DNA of 64,000 nucleotides from Heptranchias perlo (taxonomy: Eukaryota). This document shows, one piece after another, positions 50,701 to 64,000 of the stretch (its first letter is position 1; each line of letters opens with the position of its first letter). Location of the stretch: positions 44,392,001 through 44,456,000 of the forward strand of contig NC_090343.1 of NCBI RefSeq assembly GCF_035084215.1. Direction: 5' to 3'. Under the pieces are notes generated by a model that saw nothing but the letters and a program-made list of their open reading frames with translations, was not told where the DNA came from and ran no database searches. The position numbers and the translations under genes are program-made.

Positions 50701-53390
50701 CCAGTGGCTGGAGTCATACCTAGCACAAAGGAAAATGGTAGTGATTGTTGGAGGCCAATCATCTCAGCCCCTGGGCATTGCTGCAGGAGTTCCTCAGGGC
50801 AGTGTCCTAGGCCCAACCATCTTCAGCTGCTTCATCAATGACCTTCCCTCCATCATAAGGTCAGAAACGAGGATGTTCGCTGATGATTGCACAGTGTTCA
50901 GTCCCATTCGCAATCCCTCAGATAATGAAGCAGTCTGTGCCCGCATGCAGCAAAACGTGGACAACATCCAGGCTTGGGCTGATAAGTGGCAAGTAACATT
51001 CGTGCCAGATAAGTGCCAGGCAATGACCATCTCCAACAAGAGAGTCTAACTACCTCCCCTTGACATTCAACGGCATTACCATTGCCGAATCCCCCACCAT
51101 CAACATCCTGGGGGTCACCATTGACCAGAAACTTAATTGGACCAGCCATATAAATACTGTGGCTACGAGAGCAGGTCAGAGGCTGGGTATTCTGCGTCGA
51201 GTGACTCACCTCCTGACTCCCCAAAGCCTTTCCACCATCTACAAGGCACAAATCAGGAGTGTGATGGAATACTCTCCACTTGCTTGGATGAGTGCAGCTC
51301 CAACAACACTCAAGAAGCTCGACACCATCCAGGATAAAGCAGCCCGCTTGATCGGCACCCCATCCACCACCCTAAACATTCACTCCCTTCACCACCGGCG
51401 CACAGTGGCTGCAGTGTGTACCATCCACAGGATGCACTGCAGCAACTCGCCAAGGCTTCTTCGACAGCATCTCCCAAACCCGCAACCTCTACCGCCTAGA
51501 AGGACAAGAGCAGCAGACACATGGGAACAACACCACCTGCACGTTCCTCTCCAAGTCACACACCATCCCGACTTGGAAATATATCGCCGTTCCCTCATCG
51601 TCACTGGGCCAAAATCCTGGAACTCCCTTCCTAAAGGCACAGTGGGAGAACCGTCACCACACGGACTGCAGTGGTTCAAGAAGGCGGCTCACCGCCACCT
51701 TCTCAAGGGCAATTAGGGATGGGCAATAAATGCCGGCCTCGCCAGCGACGCCCACATCCCATGAACGAATAAAAAAAAAACTGGCCTGTAGTTGCCAGGT
51801 TTATCATTAAACCCTTTTTTGAACAAGGGTGTAACATTTGCAATTCTCCAGTCTTCTAGCACCACCTCTGTCTCTAAGGAGGATTGGAAGATTATGGCCA
51901 GCACCTCTGCAATTTCCACCCATACTTCCCTCAGCAACCTAGGATGCATCCCATCTGGACCAGGTGACTTATCTACTTTAAGCATAACCAGCTTTTCTAC
52001 TACCTCCTTTATCAATTTTCACCCCATCTAGTATCTCAACTACCTCCCTTTTTAATGTGACTTTGGCAGCATCTTCTTCCTTGGTAAAGACAGATGCAAG
52101 TACTCATTTCGTACCTCAGCCATGCCCTCTGCTTTCATGCATTGATCCTTTTTGGTGTCTAATTGGCCTCACCCCTTCTCTTACTACCTGTTTACTATTT
52201 ATATGCCTATAGAAGACTTCTGAATTCCCTTTTATGTTAGCCACCAGTCTATTCTCATACTCCCTCTTTGCCCCTCTTACTTCCTTTTTCACTTCTCTGT
52301 ACTTTCTATATTCAGCCTGATTCTCACTTGTATTATCAACCTGACATCTGTCATACACCACCCCCCCCCCACTTTTTCTGCTTCATCTTAATGTCTATTT
52401 CTTTCGTCATCCAGGGAGCTCTGGCTTTGATTGTATTACTTTTTCCCACATGGGAATGTATTAGATTGTACCCGAACCATCTCCTCTTTGAAGGCCTCCC
52501 ATTTTTGCCTGCCAATCTTTGATTCCAATTTACCTGGGCCAGTTCTGTTCTCAATCCACTGAAATTGGCCCTCCTCCAATTAAGTATTTTTACTCTAGCT
52601 TGCTCCTTGTCCTTTTCCATAACTAATCTAAATCTTAATACTATGAACACTCTTCCCTAAATGTTCCCACATTGACACTTGCTCCACTTGACCCACTTCA
52701 TTCCCCAGAACTAGATCCAGCAATGCCTCCTTCCTCATTGGTCTGGGAACACACTGATCAAGAAAGTTCTCCTGAACACACTTCAGAAATTCCTCCCCCT
52801 CTTTGCCCTTAATGCTATTATTACCCATTAGGATAGTTGAAGTCCCCCATTATCACTACTCTATAGTTCTTGCACCTCTCTGTAATTTCCCTGTAAATTT
52901 GCTCCTCTATATCCTTCCCACTAGTTGGTGGCCTATAGAATACACCCAGTAGTGTAATGGCACCTCTATTGTTTCTTAACTCTAACTAAATAGATTCAGT
53001 CCTTGACCCCTCAAGGGCATCCTCTCTCTCCTTAATCAATACTGCCAACCCACTTCCTTTTTTTTCCCTTCCCTATCTTTCCTGAACACCTTGTAACCAG
53101 GGATATTTATTACCCATTCCTGCCCTTTTTTGAGCCAGGTCTCCTTGATCGCCACTACGTCATTTTCCCATGTGGCTATTTGCACCTGCAGCTCACCAAC
53201 CTTATTTACCACACTTCGTGCCTTTACACACATGCACTGTAAACCTATCTTAGACCCTCTCGTATTGTCTCTGTCTGATCCCACCTAATACTGTACTATT
53301 TCTTACCCTAGTGCTATCTGACTCTCCCAATTCTTTGTGCACCTTGTTTCTCCTTTCTAATGCTACATCCTGGTGCCTTTCCCCCTGGCA
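47780..53390 (-). mobile_element. Long degenerate CR1 LINE (EN+RT), split by a family B insertion
   Basis: Endonuclease start (KARSVVNKVGEL...ETWL...IPGYKVFRKDR), FLKCVQENFL, KSPGPDGMHPRLL; 3' tail at 47780. Confidence 0.9.
49120..51780 (+). mobile_element. Young 5'-truncated CR1-clade LINE ('family B') with partial APE endonuclease and RT, few frameshifts
   Basis: [54 protein letters not shown]; hairpin 3'UTR and A10 tail. Confidence 0.92.
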
Positions 53391-53879
53391 ATTCAAAACT
53401 ACAATAGCTTCAAACTCTAAGATGTCTGGTAACCAAGCAGTCCCTCATGTACATCTGTCTACGTACAGATGATGAACGATTAGGGAACACGCAACAAAAA
53501 AACACCTTCCTGGCTTGTAATACTTTCCCTTCGGGAATGGAGCTGAGCAACAAAACATAACAGCTGCAGCCGTAAACCTGAACAGCTTAACATTAAGGCA
53601 GTAGCAGAAGTTCCAGCCCAAGTGGTAGTTAACCTGTGAGTGAACAGCTGTGCAAGTGGAACACACTGCACAGGAAATTGTTTCATTGGTATTCGAATCA
53701 TCATGTTCCTCGAGGAACAATTATAAGTGAGTTATACAGGCAATCATCTCGGGTGAAATAAACATAAAATGGGCAGGCATTAACAGCTTGAGCACACTAT
53801 AGCATCGATCCAAGAGCGTGGGCAATTTTATGGACTTTTTAATTTAAAAAAATTTCCTTTGCTTGCCTGAAAGGAATGA

Positions 53880-55155
53880 CAGCAACTTGCATTTATATAG
53901 CATCTTTAACTTAGAAAATACATTCCAGGCACTTCACCAAGGTGTAAGGAGGAAAAAAAATGGAGGCTGAGCCAAAGGAGAAGATATTAGGAGGGGTGGC
54001 CAAAATCTTAGAGAGAGATGGATTTTAAGGGGCGGGGTGGGGGGGGGGGTAAGTTGTAAAGAGGAGGGGGAAGTGGAGCAGCAATGGGAATTAGTGAACC
54101 CCAGAGCGTGGGGACTAGGCAGCTGAAGGCACGGCCGCTAGTGGTGGAGTGAAAGGAAGGGGTGCAGCACAAGTGGCCGAATCTGAGATGGATAGCTTTT
54201 TGGCAACCAAAGGTATTAAGGGATATGGGCCAAAGGCAGGTATATGGAGTTAGATCACAGATCAGCCATGATCTTATCAAATGGAGGAGCAGGCACAAGG
54301 AGCTGAATGGCCTACTCATGTTCCTATGAATCAGACAATCAGTTCAGGTGTGCTGGGAGTGGTGAGTCCATGGAGGAATTTAAACACAAAGTTGGGCATT
54401 TTAAATTTGAGGCATTGGGGCACCAGGAGCCAATGTAGACCAGCAAGAACAGGGGTGATAGGTGAACGAGACTTGGTGCAGGATAGAATATGGGCAGCAA
54501 AGTTTTGGATAGACTGATGTTTATTAAGGATGCAGAATGGGCAACTGGGCAGAAGAGCTTTGGAGTGATTGAATCTAGGGCTGACAAGGCATGAATGAGG
54601 GTTTCAGAGACAGATGGGCGGAGGTAGACAATGTTAGAGGTGGAAGTAAGTGGTCTTTGTGATGGAGAGGATATGAGGTTAAAAGCTTCGCTCGGGGTCG
54701 AATAGGATGCCAAGGTTCCAAACAGTCTGATTCGGCCTGAGAAGGTGATCAGGAAGGATGATAGTCTGTGAGGATACAGAGTTTGTGGTGGGAACCGAAG
54801 ATGATGGCTTTGGTCTTCCCGTTGCTTAGCTGGAAGAATCTGTGGCTTATCCAAGACTTGATGTTGTACAAGCAGTCTGACAGTACAGAGGCAGTGGATT
54901 TGTCAAGAGAAGTGATTGAGAAGTAGAACTAGGTGTCATCAGTGTACATGTGGAAGCTGACCTAATGTCTGCAGAGACTACAGAGAAATTGAGGATGAGG
55001 AGGGATAATGCATTTTGGTTAGTCACAGAGGATGTTTCTCGTGATTTTGGTTAGGGCTGTTTCGGTGCTGTGGAGACGTTAGAAACCTTTTAAGAGTTTC
55101 AAACAGTTGTGGGAGAGATGGGCTCAAATCTGGAAGAGAGTAACATATTCAAGGA
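53880..55155 (-). mobile_element. L2 LINE 3' part with a nested CR1 3'UTR (54185-54328,+)
   Basis: Reverse complement of the 18-19.2 kb L2 (aacttgcatttatatag tail; ggagccaatgtag). Confidence 0.8.
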
Positions 55156-56349
55156 CTCTGTTGGAGTATGGCTCTACAGGTGTTGGCTGCCCTCCAGTAC
55201 CTTGTCTAAGTGGGCATTCTTCATCTTTTAGCCTAGATGGTGAGTATCAGCAGACTATTTACAGGGAGTGTTTCACAGCCAAGCCCATTCACCTGACCTC
55301 CACATTTGTACTTTTCAGCAAGAATCACCGGATAATCTGAAGCAATAGCACTGACTGATTTGTCTCTTTTTTTTTCCCCCTGCTGCTGCCCTTTTATCCC
55401 CTTCTCTCTAATTTCCCCTCCGAGACCAGTTGATGCATCCCAGTGCTGCCCAGCTGAGATTAGCTAGCTCATCAGTGACGGGGCCTCTAACCTGGAATCC
55501 CCCAGTTTATATGGCTGAGTTCCACACCGAGCAGTGCATTGCCAGCTGAGCTATTGGAGCTTTGAACGTGGGCTTTCTCTGTATCCTGAATGGCTTTTTC
55601 CTGACCAATCTGTTCAGTTAGTTCATTCTGTCTGGTATTAGTCTTTTAAAACACTTGAGTTAATAGACTGGAAAATGGTGAACGATGTGACTGCTGTGAC
55701 TTTCCCTCTTTTTCTACCCCCCACCCCCCCCCCCCAAACCCTCCAAAAAAAACAATTGGCCACACAATCACCGTATTTACATAGGTGTCACGTAATAGGT
55801 GGTATTACTTGCCAATTGAGCTCAATCTGTTATGTTCGAGTGGATTATGAGCCAACTATTGCATCCCAAATTTGAATTTTAAGTTTAAGTGCACTGGTAT
55901 TATTTGTTATATATACCAAATATAATTTATTTAATAGTTCTGCTTGCCATTATGTAGTAAGTGTGGTGAGTAAAAAAGGAGAACTTGCATTTATTAGCGC
56001 ATTTCATGACCTCAGGACGTCCCAAAGCGCTTTGCAGCTAATGAAGTACTTTTGAGGTGTAGTCACTGTTGTAATGTAGGGACATAGATGAAAGCATAAT
56101 AAACTTTTGGCATTCAACTTCAAGATGTATTGCATGATGCGACTGAGGTATTAGCTTTTCCTAGCAACAGATTACTAATAATTAAACTGTTCAGTCTATG
56201 TTATAAAGTGATGTTATGCAAGTTCATTTCAAGTTAGTATATCGTGTCTCTGCCTTTTCACATTCTTGAATCAGAAGCTGAAACTGCTGATAATACAAAG
56301 CAGATATTACTTAAATGGGAACGACAGGCTATTTTTTGGGCACAGATAG

Positions 56350-56532
<183 letters not shown>

Positions 56533-57059
56533 TAGGTACTGGTATATTTGGCCCTAAGTCACCCCCTTTAAACTTAATTTGGTATCAAACCATAACCTGG
56601 CTCAGCAGTTTCAAATAAGTTCCAGCAGTTCATTTAAGGAGGAGTAAATTAATTCCCTCATTCTCTTCTCCATTCCTGGAGACACGGGGTAATTTTGACT
56701 TTGTACGATAGAGTAAAACGGGTGATAGCGATTTTGCAGCCCATTTTACATCTCTCTTGATTTTTATTTCCATTGTAGAAAAAGGGCAGGGAAAATATAT
56801 ATAACAGATAAACCCAGAGAGGAATCATGAATGGAATGATGTAACCACGTTCAAATAATGGACAGAAACATTAAGATATTAGAGACAAAGGGTGTATAAA
56901 TAGCACGTGGGAGGTCTGGGGAAATGCAAGAAAATGGGAGAGGGAAAGCCTGTGACTCGGCTATGGAATTAAAACAGGTTTGAAAATGAAGATATAGTTA
57001 ACGTCTGAAGTTACTGAAGTCAGTATTCAGAGCAGAAGGTTGCAAGATGCCAGATAAAC

Positions 57060-57655
57060 ACCATGACAACTAGAACAAGTCAGAAGCTGGGTATTCTACT
57101 GAGAATGGCTCACCTCCTGACTCCCCCAAGCTTCTCCTCCACTTACAAGGAATAAGTCAGGAGTGTGGTAGAATACTCTCCACTTGCCTGGATGAGTGCA
57201 GCTGCAACAACATCCAGGACAAAGCAGTCAGCTTGATCGGTACCCCATCCACCACCTTAAACATCCACTCCCTCCACCACTGATGCACCATGGCTGCAGT
57301 GTGTCCTATCTTCAGGATGTACTGCAGCAACTTGCTTCTTCGACAGCACCTCCAAAATCCATGACCACCACCACCTGAAAGGACAAGGGCAGCAGGTCCA
57401 TGGGAACACCACCTCCTAGGTTCCCCCCCAAGTCACACCATCACGACTTGGACATATATCACCATTCCTTCATCGCTGGGTCAAAATCCTGATACTCCCT
57501 ACCTAACAGCACAACGGGAGCACCTTCACCACACGGACTGCAGCGGTTCAAGAAGGCGGCCCACCACCACCTCAAGAGCAACTAGGGATAGGTAATAAAT
57601 GCTGGCCTTGCTAGTGACACCCGTATCCTGAGAACAAAGTTTTTTTTAAAAAAAA
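57060..57655 (+). mobile_element. Family B LINE 3' fragment, older
   Basis: Matches 51165-51780 with more substitutions. Confidence 0.85.
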
Positions 57656-58456
57656 GAAAAATGAGCTTTTGATTAAGCCTGTTCAGTTACCTAGAATTAA
57701 AGAATGCAATAATTGATTAGTGCAATGAATGGAATAGGAAAGCTACATAGACCTGGCCTGTCATGACCACAGAATTCTGCAGACAAGGAGGAAAGCTGAG
57801 TGTAGAAATTAAATCCGCCCTAACTGGTTATAATGCTTTTTCATTTATATACATAAAGAAAAAGTAGTTATTTATGTATTGTTAAATGTAAATGCTTTGA
57901 CCTTCCCATCCCATCTAGGGCTCAATGTTTTGCACTGATCTGATAGGCACCAGACTGCTGACTTCTGGGTAGAATAGTGGAGTTTGAATCTCAGCCGTAA
58001 TTGGTAATTGCATTACCCCTTCCCCTAGTTGGTGAATTTTGCCTCATTTTGTTGGGCCTCTCTGCAAGAGGCTGGGAAAATCAGTCTTGCCCTTGCACAT
58101 TTTGTCAGCCCTGCTGACAGGTGCACCAATGAATGTTATTCAGGAACACAAATGAGTGTTGTTCAGGATGGCATTAGAAAACTTCTGCAGACAGGACAGT
58201 GCCATTCTGCTGGAGGAGGGCTAAGTGAATGTGTGGTGGGGGTGGTGAGAGAATTGGGGATAAAAAGCACTATTTGAAATTCTGTTTCTATTTCCAAAAT
58301 CCACCTATTCTTAACCAGCAATGGTTTTCTGTTAGCTAATAGTTCAGTACTGTTGGTGTTAATTTTGTCAAGACTAAACTGAGTTAATGCTGTAAATTTT
58401 GGAGTTGTTTTGTGTTTATAAATATGCCTGACTCTACATTTTGTACCTCTCTATAG

Positions 58457-58598
58457 TGACTTGAGCCATAGCACACAGTTTGTCCAAGGGCTGTCTCTAT
58501 GTACGCTGGGCTGCATGGGATCATCAGATATGTGCCGAGATCTGGCTGGAGAGGTGGAGAAACTGCTGAAAAACTCCAATTCTTACATCCGTAAAAAG
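58457..58598 (+). CDS. AP1G1: AP-1 complex subunit gamma, third coding exon (142 nt)
   Basis: Acceptor ctatag|T completes the AAT (Asn) codon; encodes [47 protein letters not shown]; donor AAG|gtgaga. Confidence 0.95.
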
Positions 58599-59949
58599 GT
58601 GAGATTTCCTCTGTGCAGCAGGTCTAAAAATGTAAATAACAAAACCAAAAATGGACAGAAGGTGAAGTTTATTCGGACCGAATCTACCTAGAACTATTGG
58701 AATGCATTTAAACTGTACCTCATTCATCTCGTCTTAAATAGTTCCTATTTCTGGTCAACTGTTTTGAACTCTCATTTTTCCCAACCAATTAATCTGGGCT
58801 AAACTCTCTTTGATGCCACTTACATTAGTTAATTTCCAGTCCAATATCTTTATCTCTCATTATGTGTTCTTGGGTTGTGCACTTGGCCTGCTTCATTTTC
58901 CCACAACCAGATCTGGCGCAGCATACTTCCTTGTTGGACAGGCAATACACTGGTAATGTGGATGTACCATAGTACACATTGAGCATGATATAACTCCCGT
59001 CATTATAAAGTAGCAAATCCTCCAACTTATCACGAGCAATGCTATGGGAGATCTGCCAGTAATATAAGATTCTTGGTATGGCCCGCACATCCTGTAAAGC
59101 ATGCCTCCTGTATCACTTTCCTGCCCTGCTGCTTCTGTTATGCTTTTTCAATTTAAGTTTACACAGAGTTGCCTTTTAATGCCTTCATTAAGATCTTTAT
59201 TTCAAGTGTTCAGCCGTCTCAAAAGCTTAGGTTTCAAGTGGATGTTTCCCCCAGACCTGTTGAAGAGCATTACCAACTTCACCTGCACACTCTGTGCATG
59301 CGTAGTTTGCAGAATTTCCCAGCAGGTTTCAATAAATCTTCTCCTGGGATTTTCCAACTACAAACTATATCTCTTCATGCTCATGAGATATTTCTGTGTT
59401 TCTTTGTGTTGAAAATGAGATACACATCCTGGAGAATTCTGAAACACTAAATTCAGCTAACCTTTCACATTTAAAGTAATACCAAATACTTAATTTTTAC
59501 AAGACCCAACAGAGCCAGAGAAGGGAGCAGCTGTGGTAGTTTTTGGAGAAACAAAGCACAAATTTAATTGTGAAGTAAGTATTTATGCTGCTTTTATAAT
59601 CCTAGAAAACTTGGTTTTTTTCTTTAAAAGACAAGCCAATTGAATTTTGAAACTTTTCAGTTAAACAGAGCAGTCTAATTACATCTGTTTATGTTTGATG
59701 AAACTAATTACATTATTGGTTGTATGATTGTAAATATTCTGATTATAGCTGTTAGTTATAGTATATTATAGTCAGCAACTAGAGTATTTAAATATGTTAC
59801 ATGCTTAAAACTGGATTCAGTCTACACTCTGGGAACACCATATGAAGATGTCTGACTACTGGGGGTCACTCAGCCCATATTCTCCTGGGCATCCCTGCCC
59901 TTGATGCCTTCAGCAGCAGCAACCCCCCCCCCCGCCCATCTTGGCCTGT

Positions 59950-62900
59950 TAATTACATAGGTATGAAGGGTGAGTTGGCTAAGGTAGATTGAGGAAATTA
60001 AATTTTAAAGGGTATGACGATTGATAAGCAATGGCAAACAGTCAAAGAAATATTTCAATATTCTCAACAAATACACATTCCATTGAAAAATAAAAACTCC
60101 ATAGGAAAGTGATCCATCCGTGGCTAACTAAAGAAATTAAGGATAGTATTAGATTAAAAGAGGCCGATAATATTGCCAAGAAGAGTAGTAAGCCTGAGGA
60201 TTGGGAGAGTTTTAGATAACAGCAAAGGATGACCAAAAAATTGATTAAAAAGGGAGAAAATAGAATATGAAAGTAAACTAGCAAGAAATATAAAAATGGA
60301 TTGTAAGAGATTCTACAAGTATGTAAAAGGAAGAGACCAGCAAAAGTAAACATTGGTCTCTTAGAGGCTGAGGGGAGAAATTATAATGGGCAATCAGGAA
60401 ATGGCGGATGCATTAAACAAATATTTTGTATCTGTCTTCACAGTAGAAGACACAGCATACCAGAAATAGTGGGGAACCAAGGGGCTAATGAGAGTGAGGA
60501 ACTTAAAGCAATTAATATCATTGGCGAAAAAGTACTGGACAAACTAATGGGACTAAAAGCCGATAAATACCCAGGACCTAATGGCTTACATCTGAGGGTT
60601 CTAAAAGAGGTGGCTGCAGAGATAGCGGATGCATTGGTTGTGATCTTCCAAAATTCCCTAGATTCTAGAACGATCCCAATAGATTGGAAGGTAACAAATG
60701 TAACCCTGGTATTCAAGAAAGGATGACTAGAGAAAACAGGGAACTACAGGCCAGTTAGCCTGACATCAGTCGTCGGGAAAATGCTGGATCCGTTTATTAA
60801 TATTATCTTACGCAAGATAAGGGCTCATGGGGTTGGAGTAACATTAACATGGATCGAGGATTGGTTAACGAACAGAAAACAGAGTAGGGATAAACGGGTC
60901 ATTCTCAGGTTGGCAGGCTGTAACTAGTGGGGTGCCGCAAGCGCTTGGGCCTCAGCTATTTACAATCTATATTAGTGACTTAGATGAAGGGACCAAGTGT
61001 AATATATCCAAGTTTGCTGACTACAAAGCTAGGTGGGAAAGTAAGCTCTGAGGAGGACAGAGTCTGCAAAGACAGGTTAAGTGAATGGGCAAGAAGGTGG
61101 CAGATGGAGTATAATGTGAGGTTGTTCACTTTGGTAGGAAGAATAGAAAAACAGAATATTTTTTAAATGGTGAGAAACTATTAAATGTTGGTGCTCAGAG
61201 ATCTGGGTGTCCCTGTCCAACAAACACAAAGTTAGCATGCAGGTACAGCAAGCAATTAGGAAAGCAAATGGCATGTTGGCCTTTATTGCAAGGGGGTTGG
61301 AGTACAAGCGTAAGGAAGTCTTGCTACAATTGTACAGGGCTTTGGTGAGAACTCACCTGGAGTCCTGTGTACAGGTTTGGTCTCCTTATCTAAGGCAGGA
61401 TATACTTGCCTTTAGAGGTGGTGCAATGAAGGTTCATTAGATTAATTGCTGGGATGAGATGGTTGAGAGGTTGAGTAGAGTGGGCCTATACTATCTGGAG
61501 TTTAGAAGAATGAGAGTTGATCTCATTGAAACATATCAGATTCTGAGGGGGCTTGTCAGGGTAGATGCTGAGGTTGTTTCCCCTAGCTGGAGAGTTTTTT
61601 TTTGTTTATGGGATGTGGGTGTCATTGGCAAGGCCAGCCCCTATTGCCAATCCCTAATGGCCCTTGCGAAGGTGGTGGTGAGCTGCCTTCTTGAACTGCT
61701 GCAGTCCGTGTGGTGAAGGTTCTCCCACGGTGCTGTTAGGTAGGGAGTTCCAGGATTTTGACCCGGCAATGATGAAGGAACGGTGATATATTTCCAATTC
61801 GGGATGATGTTTGACTTGGAGGGGAACGTGAAGGTGATGTTCCCGTGTGCCTGCTGCCTCTTGTCCTTCTAGGTGGTAGAGATCGTGGGTTTGGGAGGTG
61901 CTGTTGAAGAAGCCTTGGCGAGTTGCTGCAGTGCATCCTGTAGATGGTACACACTGTAGCCACGGTGCACCGGTGGTGAAGGGAGTGAATGCTTAAGGTG
62001 GTGGATGGGGTGCCAGTTAAGTGAGCTGCTTTGTCCTGGATGGTGTCGAGCTTCTTGAGTGGTGTTGGAGCTGCATTCATCCAGGCAAGTGGAGGGTATT
62101 CCATCACACTCCTGACTTGTGCCTTGTAGATGGTGGAAAGGCTTTGGGGAGTCAGGAGGTGAGTCACTCACTGCAGAATACCCAGCCTCTAACCTCCCCT
62201 TGCAGCCACAGTATTTATGTGGCTGGTCCAGTTAAGTTTCTGGTCAATGGTGACCCCAGGATGTTGATGGTGGGTGATTTGGCAATGGTAATGCTGTTGA
62301 ATGTCAAGGGGAGGTGGTTAGACTCTCTTGTTGGAGATGATCATTGTCTGGCACGAATGTTACTTGCCACTTATCAGCCCAAGCCTGGATGTTGTCCAGG
62401 TTTTGCTGCATGCGGGCACAGACTGCTTCATTATCTGAGGGATTGCGAATGGGACTGAACACTGTGCAGTCATCAGCGAACATCCTCGTTTCTGACCTTG
62501 TAATGGAGGGAAGGTCATTGATGAAGCAGCTGAAGATGGTTGGGCCTAGGACACTGCCCTGAGGAACTCCTGCAGCAATGTCCTGGGGCTGAGATGATTG
62601 GCCTCCAACAACCACTACCATCTTCCTTTGTGCTAGGTATGACTCCAGCCACCGGAGTGTTTTCCTCCTGATTCCCATTGACTTCAATTTTACTAGGGCT
62701 CCTTGGTGCCACACTCGGTGAATTGCTGCCTTGATGTCAAGGTCAGTCACTCTCACACCTCTGGAATTCAGCTCTTTTGTCCATGTTTGGACCAAGGCTG
62801 TAATGAGGTCTGGAGCCAAGTGGTCCTGGCAGAACCCAAACAAGAGTCTAGAACTAGGGGCATAGTCGCAGGATAAGGGGTTGGCCATTTAAGACTGAGA

Positions 62901-63130
62901 TGAGGAATTTCTTCAGTCATAGGGTTATGAATCTTTGGAATTATCTACCCCAGAGGACGTTGAGTATATTCAAGGCTGAGATAGATAGATTTTAGGACTC
63001 TCGGGGAATTAGGGGATATGGGGATTTGACAGGAAAGTGGAGTTGAGGTCTAAGATCAGCCATGATCTGATTGAATAGACGAGCAGGCTCGAGGGACCAT
63101 ATGGCCTACTCCTACTCCTATTTCTTATGT
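59950..63130 (+). mobile_element. CR1 LINE, 5'-truncated, same family as the 33.4 kb copy, with an internal deletion and a nested insertion
   Basis: Collinear with 33400-35575; lacks the ~34250-34445 segment; resumes after 62842. Confidence 0.9.
61596..62842 (-). mobile_element. Family B LINE 3' 1.25 kb with a 5-bp TSD
   Basis: Poly-T at the left end; AGAGT at 61591-61595 and 62843-62847; [20 protein letters not shown]...FADD. Confidence 0.9.
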
Positions 63131-64000
63131 AGTGCTCATGGGACTCTGGATCTGCTTCAGAACTGCCAAACGCCAGCCCCTTCCACGCTCCTGCATTGTA
63201 GTATTTCCCACCCTTATTTCCCAAGACGCTGAGAGGACTTCAATGCTATCATACCCCAAGAGACTCTACTACCACCAGAGTTTTCCAATATTGTGACCTT
63301 CAGTCCTCCTTCAGTGCCATGCTTGTTGGCTTTTGGCTTCCTGTGCCCTGGGTGCTTTGCTTTTAAAAGTGTAAAATATATAGGTAAAGGAACATACAAT
63401 AGTTGAGACCACTTATTTGTGTCAATTTTTGCATGCAAACCATAATCATAGAATTTATACCTGTAACGTACTGGTAAAAATTCCAGAATATTGTAAAATG
63501 GTGGTCTAACTGAAGGAGTTAATTCCCATTAGTCCAACTACAGTGACTAATTCCTTCCCTTACATAATTTAGTGTTCAGACAAAATAACTCGACACAAAG
63601 AACCAGCTGATGTCGGCCAAACAAGCAACGACTCCTCTTTGTGTCAGGCGGCCTTGGGCCCTAGATAAGAACTACAAACCAGACAGTAATGTGACTGGCA
63701 TTGTGTAATGACTCCATTATCAGTATAACATACTATCTTGCTAAAGCCCCCACAGACTGACAGTCACAACTTTCTATTACATGTCTGTGTACTTGAGTGA
63801 CAAATTAGAAAGGGGCCCTTGTAACCAAATTGGCCTTTGGTTAGATTACCTGCAATGGGATTTTCGTTCTTAGAATGCTGTTGCAAATTCGGATCTGCTG
63901 CAAAGATCTACTCTGGTTCAGTGGTGTCAGTCGCTCCCTTAAGTGGTCCAGTCACCTCTTTGTGGAAGTTGATTCCCACTGCCCTATCTTTAGCACTGTA

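Overview
Repeat-rich vertebrate genomic DNA, almost certainly from a cartilaginous fish (shark-like), judged from SacSINE1/Deu-type SINEs and the CR1, L2 and Penelope content. The only host protein-coding gene I can support is the 5' part of an AP-1 adaptor complex gamma-subunit gene (AP1G1-like, possibly a slowly evolving AP1G2 paralogue) on the + strand. It has a CpG-rich promoter at ~19.6-20.2 kb with three ZNF143/Staf sites and a YY1 site, a probable non-coding exon 1 ending at 19951, and a ~27 kb first intron. Three coding exons follow (47176-47376, 56407-56531, 58457-58598), and the gene continues beyond the window. Nearly all other listed ORFs are retroelement remnants or noise. The most notable details are: a perfect 77-bp hairpin Penelope remnant carrying a minimal hammerhead ribozyme motif; inverted LINE copies bracketing two in-frame exons (circRNA candidate); a 54-bp micro-inversion inside a CR1; a solo LTR; and several nested insertions. 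I see no clear evidence for a wholly new biological system. Repeat family names are from recall and were not checked by search.
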